Below, piece after piece: positions 17,623 through 26,442 of a stretch of DNA of 64,000 nt. The notes under the pieces were generated by a model. The model searched no databases, was not told where the DNA came from, and was given only the letters and a program-made list of their open reading frames with translations. The position numbers were made by a program, and so were the translations under genes. Origin of the DNA: Candidatus Bathyarchaeota archaeon (GTDB taxonomy: Archaea > Thermoproteota > Bathyarchaeia > 40CM-2-53-6 > RBG-13-38-9); assembly GCA_963807605.1 (NCBI GenBank), contig CAWECG010000001.1, positions 32,001 to 96,000 of the forward strand, in the 5' to 3' direction. How positions within the stretch are numbered: the stretch's first letter is position 1; each line of letters starts with the position of its first letter.

Positions 17623-19318
17623 CTATCAAGTTCTAATTGGCTCAGTGTATTATCAGCCTACCTCTGTCAGGATAAATGCTGAACTTTCTTCAGCTCCTTG
17701 GACTTTCGAAATTGACTTCCCAGAGTATCCTACTGGTCTTCGCAGTTCTGACATGATTGATGTTTACAGGGATGGTAAGGACATCTTCACTGGACAGGTT
17801 TTGCTTCCCACTCAGAACTTTGATATTAAACGCGGCTGGAAGCTCACTGGAATAGACCGCACTAATTTTCTTTTGAAGAACAGCACCTACGCTGTTAGGG
17901 CCAACGTGAATCAGGAGCCTAAGACAATCATCCAGTCAGCCACGTCTTATTCTGGTGTGGGCAATGGTGCTCAGAGTAGCTACGGCGCTGCTGTTGATGT
18001 TCGCGTCGACTGGAACCAGTGTATAGACGTTGTGAGCCAGCTCACAGGCAGAGTCGGCTGGGAGACTCTTGTTCATCCGGTTGCTAATACTCTCGACTTC
18101 GCAAACCAAGTTGGCTCTGATAAGAGTGCTGCCATCCGTTTCAAGACGGGGGAGAATTGCACTCTAGCAAACTACCAGGATAGACGGGATGCAGTCGTCA
18201 ACAGGGTTTGGATGAAGGGGAAGGGAACTAGCGACGCTAATGAGATTGTTCTCGCGTCTCCCTACTACATTGAGGATGTTCCCAGTCAAGGAGTTTATGG
18301 GCTGAGGAGCCAGCTCTTTGTTGAGAGGGACATCGACTCTCAAGCTAACTTGCTTCTGCGAGCTCAGTCTTTGCTTGCCAAGCTGAAGATTTCTTGGCCA
18401 GTCTACACCATCAACGTGAAGGAGCCTCGTCTTGGCGATATTACTGCTCTCTACTGGATCGGGGATACTGTAGCCTTTGCTTGTTCTGAGATGGCGATTT
18501 CAGGAGACTACCGAATTAATCGCCTTGGCATTATCTGGGATGAGCATGGGGAAATCATTGACATGGATCTCAACAAGATGGGTTTGGCTTTTCAGGACTT
18601 GGCTGAGACTGAGAAGAGTTATCTCATTGGCTTGTACGGTCCTCAGATATTTGCTGAGATGGCTGGCATAAGCAATACGGGCAGTGACACAGGAAATTCT
18701 AACGTGAGCGGGGCCACAGGAAACTCGAACACCGGCCACTCTACAGGAAACTCAAACGCAGGATCTTCAACCGGAGATTCAAACGTCACCAACAGCGACA
18801 GCGATTCAACTACGGGAGCTGGAGGAGCTGTTTCAAGCGGCAACGTGACTCAGGCTGGCGCTTCCAGTGTAGCTGTGAACTGGCCTACTCTTGGTGGTGG
18901 AGATTCGTGTGGGTACTGGGGAAACTTGTCTAGTCCCACGAATCAGGGAAATTGCTATCTTGAGGATGTTAATGCTGGACCTTCTATTCGCTGGCAGACT
19001 CAACGGTTGGACACTGCTTCAAGGTTAACCGGATACTCTTTTGAGAATACTTACAGGGGAGGTCACACAGCTCAGTTTGGAACTGATACGGGAACTGCTA
19101 CTTTGACGCTCACTGTAAACTCTTACGCTTATATTGTGTCTACTCACACTCACCCTGTCACCAGTCCAACGCATAATCATACTCTGAATTCTCCATCTCA
19201 CACACATACCGTGACGGATCCCACCCACACGCACACAGTCTCAGACCCAACTCACACTCACGCTGTCTCGGATCCCACTCATACTCATGCCGTGTCTGAT
19301 CCAACTCATACTCATTAG
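17597..19318 (+). CDS. Baseplate hub/central tail protein with a C-terminal His-rich needle
   Basis: Follows TMP; hub-like motifs VVNRVWMKG, SQGVYG, IGDTV; 9-aa GNSN and HxH repeats. Confidence 0.78.
   Translation: MGGRGQTHNYQVLIGSVYYQPTSVRINAELSSAPWTFEIDFPEYPTGLRSSDMIDVYRDGKDIFTGQVLLPTQNFDIKRGWKLTGIDRTNFLLKNSTYAVRANVNQEPKTIIQSATSYSGVGNGAQSSYGAAVDVRVDWNQCIDVVSQLTGRVGWETLVHPVANTLDFANQVGSDKSAAIRFKTGENCTLANYQDRRDAVVNRVWMKGKGTSDANEIVLASPYYIEDVPSQGVYGLRSQLFVERDIDSQANLLLRAQSLLAKLKISWPVYTINVKEPRLGDITALYWIGDTVAFACSEMAISGDYRINRLGIIWDEHGEIIDMDLNKMGLAFQDLAETEKSYLIGLYGPQIFAEMAGISNTGSDTGNSNVSGATGNSNTGHSTGNSNAGSSTGDSNVTNSDSDSTTGAGGAVSSGNVTQAGASSVAVNWPTLGGGDSCGYWGNLSSPTNQGNCYLEDVNAGPSIRWQTQRLDTASRLTGYSFENTYRGGHTAQFGTDTGTATLTLTVNSYAYIVSTHTHPVTSPTHNHTLNSPSHTHTVTDPTHTHTVSDPTHTHAVSDPTHTHAVSDPTHTH
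18665..18799 (+). repeat. Five degenerate 27-nt (9-aa G[NDI]SN) coding repeats
   Basis: GISNTGSDT GNSNVSGAT GNSNTGHST GNSNAGSST GDSNVTNSD. Confidence 0.8.
19142..19315 (+). repeat. Seven 27-nt (9-aa) HxH coding repeats
   Basis: THTHPVTSP THNHTLNSP SHTHTVTDP THTHTVSDP THTHAVSDP THTHAVSDP THTH-stop. Confidence 0.92.
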
Positions 19319-19327
19319 GTGACTTGA

Positions 19328-19753
19328 ATGCCAATAGTGAAAATGGGATTAACTCCAAGCATCCGGGCTCTTCCAATGACTACTGAGTCTGATCCCTACA
19401 CGAATCCTGAAGAGTTCGAACCTGTAACCACTGAACACAATGAGGTAGTGATAGTATTTGATAATATGCCGGAGGCTAGAGCTTTCTTCAATGATGTTCT
19501 CAAGGATGGTTCCGTACTTCCAGAGCAACCATTCGCAGCAGGCCTTAGACGATTGACTCTTGAGCAGAGCGATCCTGTTGTCGTCATGGTAGTATTCGCC
19601 AGAGAAAAATACGCAGCAAATTATCTTCTGCAACAGAGCGAGGGAAAATACAAGGGTGACGTCAAGAGGTTTATCACTGTCAGGAAAGGCGGGGACTTGT
19701 CTGAGGGTGAAACATTGTCGCTGAAAACTCTTAATTTCATGGCTGGGAGGTGA
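19328..19753 (+). CDS. Hypothetical tail-region protein
   Basis: SD AGGTGA; in operon. Confidence 0.65.
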   Translation: MPIVKMGLTPSIRALPMTTESDPYTNPEEFEPVTTEHNEVVIVFDNMPEARAFFNDVLKDGSVLPEQPFAAGLRRLTLEQSDPVVVMVVFAREKYAANYLLQQSEGKYKGDVKRFITVRKGGDLSEGETLSLKTLNFMAGR

Positions 19754-19757
19754 GAGA

Positions 19758-20003
19758 GTGACAGAGAAATCACCGCCAAAGATTCAGGTCCTCTTCCGTG
19801 ACGTCATAGAAGATACTCTCAGCCTTACCATTCGATTTAACTATCCCAAAGGTGTCTCCGTCGAGAAGGTCTTCAACTGGCCCGTGATCGGGAACAAGGC
19901 CGAGATTGACATGAGCCTTCGAAGGCTTTGGGAGCAGTACAGGCCCGACAAGATGAAGATGAATCCTTTGGACATCGAAGATATTACTTGGGAAGATAAG
20001 TAG
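19758..20003 (+). CDS. Hypothetical tail-region protein
   Basis: SD GGAGGTGA; in operon. Confidence 0.65.
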   Translation: MTEKSPPKIQVLFRDVIEDTLSLTIRFNYPKGVSVEKVFNWPVIGNKAEIDMSLRRLWEQYRPDKMKMNPLDIEDITWEDK

Positions 20004-20420
20004 ATGACAAACACTATTGGCAGCCTGAATATCTCTGTCGTAACTGACGTGCAGAGAGCTAGGTCGCCACTCTTCGAGTCGCTGAGGATTCCTAGCGGAG
20101 AGACTCTTTACCCGTATGCTGGCGCACCTTCTCGAAGTTGGACTGTGAAGGCTTCCCTCATCAGCGCAACAGTTTTTGATGACTATGCGGCCTTGGAGAA
20201 TATGGAAGCTAGCGCCGTCCCTTACTACTACAATCTCTATGTGTCCTGGGCTGCCCAGCAATGGCAGGGCTTCGGGAAGATATCAGATCTTAAACTGGAC
20301 TCCGTGGCTCCATCTAACAGGATTGATTGCAGCTTCACTCTTAACGAGGTTCCAAGCTGGGGAAGAACATATATGAGTACTCCTGGAAAACAGGCGTATT
20401 TCTCTGATCTTGATTTCTAG
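20004..20420 (+). CDS. Distal-tail (Dit)-like protein; possibly the N-terminal part of a frameshifted gene
   Basis: 138 aa with an RIPSG...GAPSRSWTVKA pattern; the downstream -1 frame opens at 20414. Confidence 0.55.
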   Translation: MTNTIGSLNISVVTDVQRARSPLFESLRIPSGETLYPYAGAPSRSWTVKASLISATVFDDYAALENMEASAVPYYYNLYVSWAAQQWQGFGKISDLKLDSVAPSNRIDCSFTLNEVPSWGRTYMSTPGKQAYFSDLDF

Positions 20421-20548
20421 GGCAGATAGAGGATATTCTCTCTCCTGCGTGGGCTAAACACAACTACTCAATTGATAGAGTTAACAAGAACATTAGCTGG
20501 GAGTTTATTCTTCAAAATCAGCTTGAGGAGACAGCGAGCGCTATTCTT

Positions 20549-22069
20549 ATGAATGATGATTCTGATCCTGATGGATACTGGGGCACTTTCTCTAGTGGTT
20601 CTGGCAGCCTAGGTGTTCCAACTCTCTCTGATGAGACGGCTTTCGTGGCAAGAGATGTGAACTCTCTAAAGATTGTTCCTGCAGCAGGCGCTTTCGGTGT
20701 TGTCGGGGTCGAACACACCTATGGAGGAAATCAGGATTGGTCGGCTGCAGACTTTCTCGGTTTCTGGTGGTATGGTAGTGGTTCAGGTGTTACTATAACC
20801 GTTGCTATATACTCGCCTGACTCAAGCAACTATTCTTCCTCAAGTTTCGTAGATAATTTCTATGGCTACCGCCGTTTTATTATTCCTCTGAGGTACTTCT
20901 CAAGCACAGGATCTCCTTCTTTGTCAACAGTGAAAGAAGTCATATTTTCTTGGACTGTTAATCCAGGCACTATCTATCTTGATCGTGTTGTTGCTGATGC
21001 AGGAACTTGGATCAATTTCGAGAGCCAGCTTCCAGATCGTGTTAAGATGCCCAGTGCGTCTGGAATATCTCTCTACAGTTGGAACGGGTCCGAATACAAT
21101 GTGGTGGATGCTGCCGATATTTATACCAAGTTGCTTTGTCCTTTTGATATTGACTATTCAGACTTCACAGGAGTTCACACGCTCACGAATACCAACTGCT
21201 CTATAAGCTCCTCTATCAAGAAGTTTGGTGCTGGAAGCTGTTACTTCGATGGTACAGCAGCCTTAACAATTTCACCTTACGCAGATATGCAACTTGGATC
21301 AAGTGATTGGACCATTGAGACTTGGGCGTATTTCCCGGTTGTGCCTGCTACTTGGGGAAAAATCTTTGCACAGGGCATTATTGCTAATAGTCTTGTTATG
21401 GGGATGTTTGGGTGGAATGACGTCTATAAGCTTTTCACAAATCTCTATGTGGGTAGCTCAAACATATTTACCACAATGAGTAGTTCCTTCTCCCTATCAA
21501 CGAATACATGGTATCATATTCGATTTGTGAGACAGGGCAGTAACTGGTATCAATTCTTCAACGGCTTTCTCGTTGGCGCGATAACAAACGCGACAGCCGT
21601 GCCTACTATGACTTATCCGCCCACGATTGGAGCGTGGCTCTGGAATGGATCAACCCTTGAAGATTTCATAACTGCATATCTAGATGATTACCATGTAACC
21701 TTTGTTGCTCTAAGCACGACAGATTATACTCCTCCAACATCTCCATGTGTTTACAGCCCTGGGGGATTCTATTTTTTGGACGGCAGCAAATCGGTGAATG
21801 TCTATTCAGGCACTTCCGGTATCAAAAGGTTCATGCCTAATGTGCTGGGTGCTACCGCGTATGGTGAAAGTCCTGACGCGGCCAGTTCTCTAGTCTACAC
21901 AAACAAGATGGGATGCAAGAACAGGTTTGGGTTGAGCGTTAAAATGCCTCCTGCAACATTCGATGGCTTGTATAATGCATTAGATGCTTCAGGCGCTCTG
22001 GCGTTGAACAAAACCCAGTTGAAAATCGTCGCTAGTTATGAGGATGATTCCACTACATGGGTTGATTGA
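20549..22069 (+). CDS. Tail protein with carbohydrate-binding (CBM11/CIA30-like) and LamG/ConA-like domains; frame open from 20414
   Basis: QDWSAADFLGFWWYG...IYLDRV; KKFGAGSCYFDG...DWTIETW...WYHIRFVR...YLDDYHVT. Confidence 0.75.
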   Translation: MNDDSDPDGYWGTFSSGSGSLGVPTLSDETAFVARDVNSLKIVPAAGAFGVVGVEHTYGGNQDWSAADFLGFWWYGSGSGVTITVAIYSPDSSNYSSSSFVDNFYGYRRFIIPLRYFSSTGSPSLSTVKEVIFSWTVNPGTIYLDRVVADAGTWINFESQLPDRVKMPSASGISLYSWNGSEYNVVDAADIYTKLLCPFDIDYSDFTGVHTLTNTNCSISSSIKKFGAGSCYFDGTAALTISPYADMQLGSSDWTIETWAYFPVVPATWGKIFAQGIIANSLVMGMFGWNDVYKLFTNLYVGSSNIFTTMSSSFSLSTNTWYHIRFVRQGSNWYQFFNGFLVGAITNATAVPTMTYPPTIGAWLWNGSTLEDFITAYLDDYHVTFVALSTTDYTPPTSPCVYSPGGFYFLDGSKSVNVYSGTSGIKRFMPNVLGATAYGESPDAASSLVYTNKMGCKNRFGLSVKMPPATFDGLYNALDASGALALNKTQLKIVASYEDDSTTWVD

Positions 22070-23424
22070 ATCTGGCTTTTCCTAGAGTTTCAAGGCCTAT
22101 GGGAGGCGGCATATTCCTTGGAGGGCCTCAAAGTAGTAGTTACATAGTGCAGGCTTTAGGTGATGTTGTCACGGCTTATCCAATGTCTGGAACTGGTTTG
22201 GAGTCTTTTGAAGGAGACACTCACACAGTCATTCAAGGATGCATTGATGCTGTTGCTGAGGTTGGTGGAGGAACAATTTTACTTCTTAAAGCTCGTTATC
22301 CTGCGCTCTCTGAAGGACTTCTAATCAACAATCGACACATTAGAATCTCTGCGGAGATTGGCACTATTCTTCAAGGATCGGTGATGCCTTTGCTAGAGGT
22401 TCTGGGGAACGGAATGGATCTTCCAAAGGAAGATGAGGTCATAAACGACGTTCAGGTTCTAGGGTTTCCTGAGTTTCTCTACACTGGCTCAGTTCAAACT
22501 GGGAAGGTAGTGAATATTCATGGAGGCATTTCATCGGACAATCGTTTTCAAGGGCCCATTATCTTCAACCTGATTACGAGATATTGTCCTTCTGGTACTG
22601 ACCAAAACACACAGATGGATGTTCCAACAGATGAAACCTTTGTAGGATTTAATCTGGAAGATTGTGTGGGTGCACATATCTGTTTTTCAACAGATTTCTT
22701 TGGAACAGGGTACAGGTATGGAGGAGGAGGGATATGGCAGGGAAGTCACAATGTATACACTCAATGCATGATCGGATACTGCAAACGTGGTGTATGGTAC
22801 AACTGGGCAGATACCACTTGTGAAACCTGGATTGCTTTGAAGATAATGCACACGGCCGAATACGCGTTTTATGGCGACTCGGATGGTTATCCGACCCAGT
22901 TGATTATGATTGCTCCACAGGTAGAGATTGCTTTTCTTAATGGGTACAACCTCAGGCCCTCTACTCTGCAAATAACTAATGGAGTGTTCAGCTCGATTTA
23001 TGACAATCCTGCAATAGTTTTTCAAGACTCTTCGACTGGTGCGGACTCTTCAGCTTGGCTTCAACAGAATAGTTTTTGGAACTGTCCTGCGGGGGCGATA
23101 AAAACTGCCTCTCCAACTTTTCTATGGGGTAATCAATACTCTGGCACTACCCCTGCTGCTCCTGTGATTTTGAATGGAGCATACGGCAAAATAATTCCCG
23201 CCTCGTTTGATTTGGGATATGTCATCGTCAATGCTGGAAATAGTATAGGAACTGGAGCTCAGCAAACAATTGCTCATGGACTATCAGCCATCCCCACCGC
23301 GGTCTACTTCAGTGACATAGACCTTGAAGCAGGACCTTACCAGTCAGCAGTCGCCGACGCGGCGAACATCTACATAACCGCTGTGTCAGGGAAGAACTAC
23401 CGTTGGAAGGCTGTGATCGAGTAG
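22066..23424 (+). CDS. Tailspike-like protein with a pectin-lyase-like beta-helix
   Basis: VIQGCIDAVAEVGGGTILL N-cap; C-terminal QTIAHGLSAIP domain. Confidence 0.72.
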   Translation: MNLAFPRVSRPMGGGIFLGGPQSSSYIVQALGDVVTAYPMSGTGLESFEGDTHTVIQGCIDAVAEVGGGTILLLKARYPALSEGLLINNRHIRISAEIGTILQGSVMPLLEVLGNGMDLPKEDEVINDVQVLGFPEFLYTGSVQTGKVVNIHGGISSDNRFQGPIIFNLITRYCPSGTDQNTQMDVPTDETFVGFNLEDCVGAHICFSTDFFGTGYRYGGGGIWQGSHNVYTQCMIGYCKRGVWYNWADTTCETWIALKIMHTAEYAFYGDSDGYPTQLIMIAPQVEIAFLNGYNLRPSTLQITNGVFSSIYDNPAIVFQDSSTGADSSAWLQQNSFWNCPAGAIKTASPTFLWGNQYSGTTPAAPVILNGAYGKIIPASFDLGYVIVNAGNSIGTGAQQTIAHGLSAIPTAVYFSDIDLEAGPYQSAVADAANIYITAVSGKNYRWKAVIE

Positions 23425-24374
23425 TGGAAATCTCAGTTAATCTCTATGATCAGAGCCAGCTTCAGTATCTTCCAGCATTAGCAGGGAAGATTCAAACTGT
23501 CATCTGGTACGGCCCGATAAGCAGCCAAGCCGCCGACGCCATCCACAACCATGGATTTCAGGTCTTCTACGCCTGCGATGCTCTCCGAGCCTGCAACACT
23601 TGGACCCTAGACGGTGTGACGCTCAACCCAAAGTGGTGCCAGTACGACTCCACAAGCAAGCAGTCATTCATCACGGATCAAAATGGTTACTGCTCCGCGC
23701 TCCCATGTGGCGCCGGAGGAACAGAAGCATGGTTCAGTCCACTCGGCCCCTTCACTTTCCGCGTCACAATTCCAAGAGTGAACTCGACAATTCAAGCGGG
23801 CTTCGATGGAATCTTCCTGATGAGCTTCAACCTCTGGCGAGATGATGGCGCGATGTCAGGCGGTGCTTGTGCTAACCCGGACTGGACTATGCCGATCAAG
23901 AATCAAGTCTACAGCTGCATCGCGGACTGGCAGCAGTTCCGCAAGGTCCAGATCGCGGACATGGCCAGCAGGATAAGCCAAGCCGCGAGGAGTAGCGGCC
24001 TCAAGGTTTGGTACAATGATGACAACATCTACATGCGGTTGTGGCCCGACGTCGTCAGACTTCGAGAAAGATTCGCCAGCAACCTCTCAGGAATGCAATC
24101 CTTCGCGGATGGCTATGTTTTTGAGTGGCTTGGAACCCCAGAGGACAACGCGATCGTTGACCATGTAACATTTCAGCAGGAGATTGACCAGGCGGTCAAC
24201 TGCATTCAGAACGCTAGGCAGGGCGACTCAATAGGCAAGCCGATAACGCTCATCGCCATAACCGGGCGCCAGGACGTCTACGACTATCTTCTCGCGAAGG
24301 CGTCTCAAAACACCTTCAACGTCTGGACTAGCTGGCGGTTCCTAGCCGGACTGCCGACGCCGCCCTACGCCTAA
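23403..24374 (+). CDS. Putative glycoside hydrolase-like TIM-barrel protein
   Basis: HNHGFQVFY, PKWCQ, WFSP, GFDGIFL, WQQFR pattern. Confidence 0.55.
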   Translation: MEGCDRVVEISVNLYDQSQLQYLPALAGKIQTVIWYGPISSQAADAIHNHGFQVFYACDALRACNTWTLDGVTLNPKWCQYDSTSKQSFITDQNGYCSALPCGAGGTEAWFSPLGPFTFRVTIPRVNSTIQAGFDGIFLMSFNLWRDDGAMSGGACANPDWTMPIKNQVYSCIADWQQFRKVQIADMASRISQAARSSGLKVWYNDDNIYMRLWPDVVRLRERFASNLSGMQSFADGYVFEWLGTPEDNAIVDHVTFQQEIDQAVNCIQNARQGDSIGKPITLIAITGRQDVYDYLLAKASQNTFNVWTSWRFLAGLPTPPYA

Positions 24375-24387
24375 GTTCTGCTCAGTT

Positions 24388-25227
24388 TTAACCTGTTAGC
24401 GGATGCTCTCTCTTTCTCAACACCGAAACTGCAAGAACTACTACTATCAGCACAGGCATGACTTGCGGGAGTTCAGGGATTGGCTGTCCAGCATCCAGCC
24501 ATAAGGTGTGAAAAACAGTCGCCACCGCGTTTGCCGCCAGATTAAGGCTTACCCCTACTCGGGTCTTGAACTGGGGATCACTCCAGTTGTAGTGAGTATC
24601 CATCCACGTCGCATTAGGTGGCACAAACATAGTGTTGTATGCTAGTTCTAGAGTCGCTTGATAAGCCGTTGTGTGGTTAAGCGGTCCCATCACCATGATC
24701 GACTGGTCAAACATGGATTGGTGGTCGTTGACGTAGGTTTCATAGTCTTCATGATGCTTCTCAACACCCCACGGCGTATTCGCTCCCATAACGTGGCCCC
24801 AAACTGCCATGTCAGAAATATAGTGGCTTACGGCTCCGGCAACCATGACCCCGCCGGAAAAGTTGCCTTTCTTTAGTAGAGCTAGTGCTTCGTTGTAGGT
24901 CTCGTTGGCTCTTCTAGCAGATGAGTCGTCAGTTACTTGGTGTTTCTCATTAAAATACACGTGGTGGTTGAATTGGTCACCGTAGCCGCCCATGTTCTTC
25001 GGCCGGTCCGGCAATTCTGTACCGTAATACAACCAGTTGATGTTATTCTTGAAAATTGCAGTCTCACTGACAGGCAGAAGTAGAATTGCTTTCTCAGCTA
25101 TCCAGTCGTGTGTGCCCATAGCGGGATGGGAAGGTGAGGTGGACCAGCCGCCGTTGCTCCAAGCATAGACAGGAGTCCCGTAAGTTAAGAATAAGATTAT
25201 GATAGAAAAGACTGCGAGGCTCTTCAA
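24388..25227 (-). CDS. Secreted Zn-dependent phospholipase C / S1-P1 nuclease family protein with a PEF-CTERM-like anchor
   Basis: Signal peptide followed by N-terminal Trp (AWSNG); THDWIA, PD, HH, HYISD, HHEDYE; C-terminal IPEL-hydrophobic-RKR. Confidence 0.82.
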   Translation of the reverse strand: MKSLAVFSIIILFLTYGTPVYAWSNGGWSTSPSHPAMGTHDWIAEKAILLLPVSETAIFKNNINWLYYGTELPDRPKNMGGYGDQFNHHVYFNEKHQVTDDSSARRANETYNEALALLKKGNFSGGVMVAGAVSHYISDMAVWGHVMGANTPWGVEKHHEDYETYVNDHQSMFDQSIMVMGPLNHTTAYQATLELAYNTMFVPPNATWMDTHYNWSDPQFKTRVGVSLNLAANAVATVFHTLWLDAGQPIPELPQVMPVLIVVVLAVSVLRKREHPLTG

Positions 25228-26408
25228 GTTTTCACCTCCGCCTCTAGTACTTTGGGGTCAGCTGTCAGCATCTTCTTCAGCAACTCCTCAACCCGGCTGA
25301 TGCGTTCCTGATTATCACTTATCACCTCGTCCCGCTCCTGGAGATCCTGGCGGAGCTTCTTGACTTCTTGCTGCTCCCGATCGGTCTGCACCCCCGACAT
25401 GATGTTCAGATGTTTCTCAGCGATCCGGTAATGCTCCAATGTGTAGCTTCGGTCCATGTAGAACTTGTCGTACTGATTTGGATCCGTGGTGTGTCCCATC
25501 CAGTACTCAACGCATTGAAGATCAAGTCCGTCGCCTTTACCCTTCAAGTGCAGTAGGGTTCTTGCGACGTCTCGGAACTCGTGGAGATTATAGCCGTACC
25601 TGACCGCTGTTGAGTGGCTATGCTTAACATATTTGAGCCGCTCAAGCAGCCTCATGTGGAGCTGCCGGTAAGCGCCTTTTGTGCAGGATCCAGATCCGTT
25701 TACCAGGAGGATCGGCTCACCTGCACCGGGCCAGCCGCGGATCCGCTCAAAATACTCCTTCCACGCTGCCAAGGCGTCGCGGCCTATGAAGGTTTGATAG
25801 TTCTTCTTGTTCTTGGTCTGCTTCCTGCCAGGATACTCAAACATGAAGGGGGTTTGAATCCCCTCCTTCTTCAAGTGCTGGGTCAACGCCTCACCGCATC
25901 CTGCGTTGAACTGGGTGAACCGTTCCAGGTCCATGAGGCCCTGCCATAAAGTCAGATAGAAAGCCTTCCGGCCCATAGGTGAGTTTTCAACCAGCGCCTT
26001 TATGATCTCAACTGTCAGCTTTCCGCTCGAGGGAGGTCGATCCGCATGAATCGCAAAGTCATCCTCAGGCAGAGGGGCCCGGTTCTTTTTGAAGAAGGAT
26101 CTCAGAATCGCATACTGAACGACCAGGCTATTGTAGGTTCCCTTCCTCCCCTGAAAGTAGGCTTGTAAAGCATCCAGGATCACAAACTGATCCTTCTTCT
26201 CCGCGTTCGCTTGAAACTCAACAAGCTGCCGTGGGGTCAACCCGCGAAGCCGCTCATTACCCTGCAGGAACTCAAGAAACCCGGCTAGCTTATATAGGCG
26301 GCTCCGACAGTCCGCATCTGGATAATGGCCAAGCCACCGAGCAACAGCGGGATCCCCAGCTAGAGAATCAACCTTGGATGTCATCAGTAAAACCACTAAC
26401 CAATACAC
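25224..26408 (-). CDS. int: Tyrosine recombinase/integrase (likely start ATG 26384)
   Basis: GRKQTK, HEFR (HxxR), WMGH, QY motifs; at the provirus boundary. Confidence 0.87.
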   Translation of the reverse strand: MYWLVVLLMTSKVDSLAGDPAVARWLGHYPDADCRSRLYKLAGFLEFLQGNERLRGLTPRQLVEFQANAEKKDQFVILDALQAYFQGRKGTYNSLVVQYAILRSFFKKNRAPLPEDDFAIHADRPPSSGKLTVEIIKALVENSPMGRKAFYLTLWQGLMDLERFTQFNAGCGEALTQHLKKEGIQTPFMFEYPGRKQTKNKKNYQTFIGRDALAAWKEYFERIRGWPGAGEPILLVNGSGSCTKGAYRQLHMRLLERLKYVKHSHSTAVRYGYNLHEFRDVARTLLHLKGKGDGLDLQCVEYWMGHTTDPNQYDKFYMDRSYTLEHYRIAEKHLNIMSGVQTDREQQEVKKLRQDLQERDEVISDNQERISRVEELLKKMLTADPKVLEAEVKT

Positions 26409-26415
26409 AAATTAA

Positions 26416-26423
26416 CTATATAA
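26416..26423. promoter_or_regulatory. TATA box candidate between divergent int and iorB
   Basis: CTATATAA / TTATATAG, ~20 nt before the iorB GTG and ~32 nt before the int ATG. Confidence 0.5.
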
Positions 26424-26442
26424 CAAGAATGACTGTGTTATC

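Larger units (their letters stand above)
1..26425. mobile_element. Integrated head-tail provirus (Caudoviricetes, siphovirus-like); left end lies outside the window
   Basis: Co-oriented morphogenesis operon (TerL, portal, protease, capsid, neck, tail tube, TAC, TMP, hub) ending in a tyrosine integrase, then an abrupt switch to host metabolic genes at 26443. The right boundary is approximate because no att repeat can be seen without the left end. Confidence 0.93.

Noticed and set aside
19142-19315. 27-nt repeats as a CRISPR array or DGR TR/VR pair
   Set aside because: They are in-frame coding repeats with synonymous variation, no spacers and no adenine-specific pattern, and no cas or RT gene is in the window.
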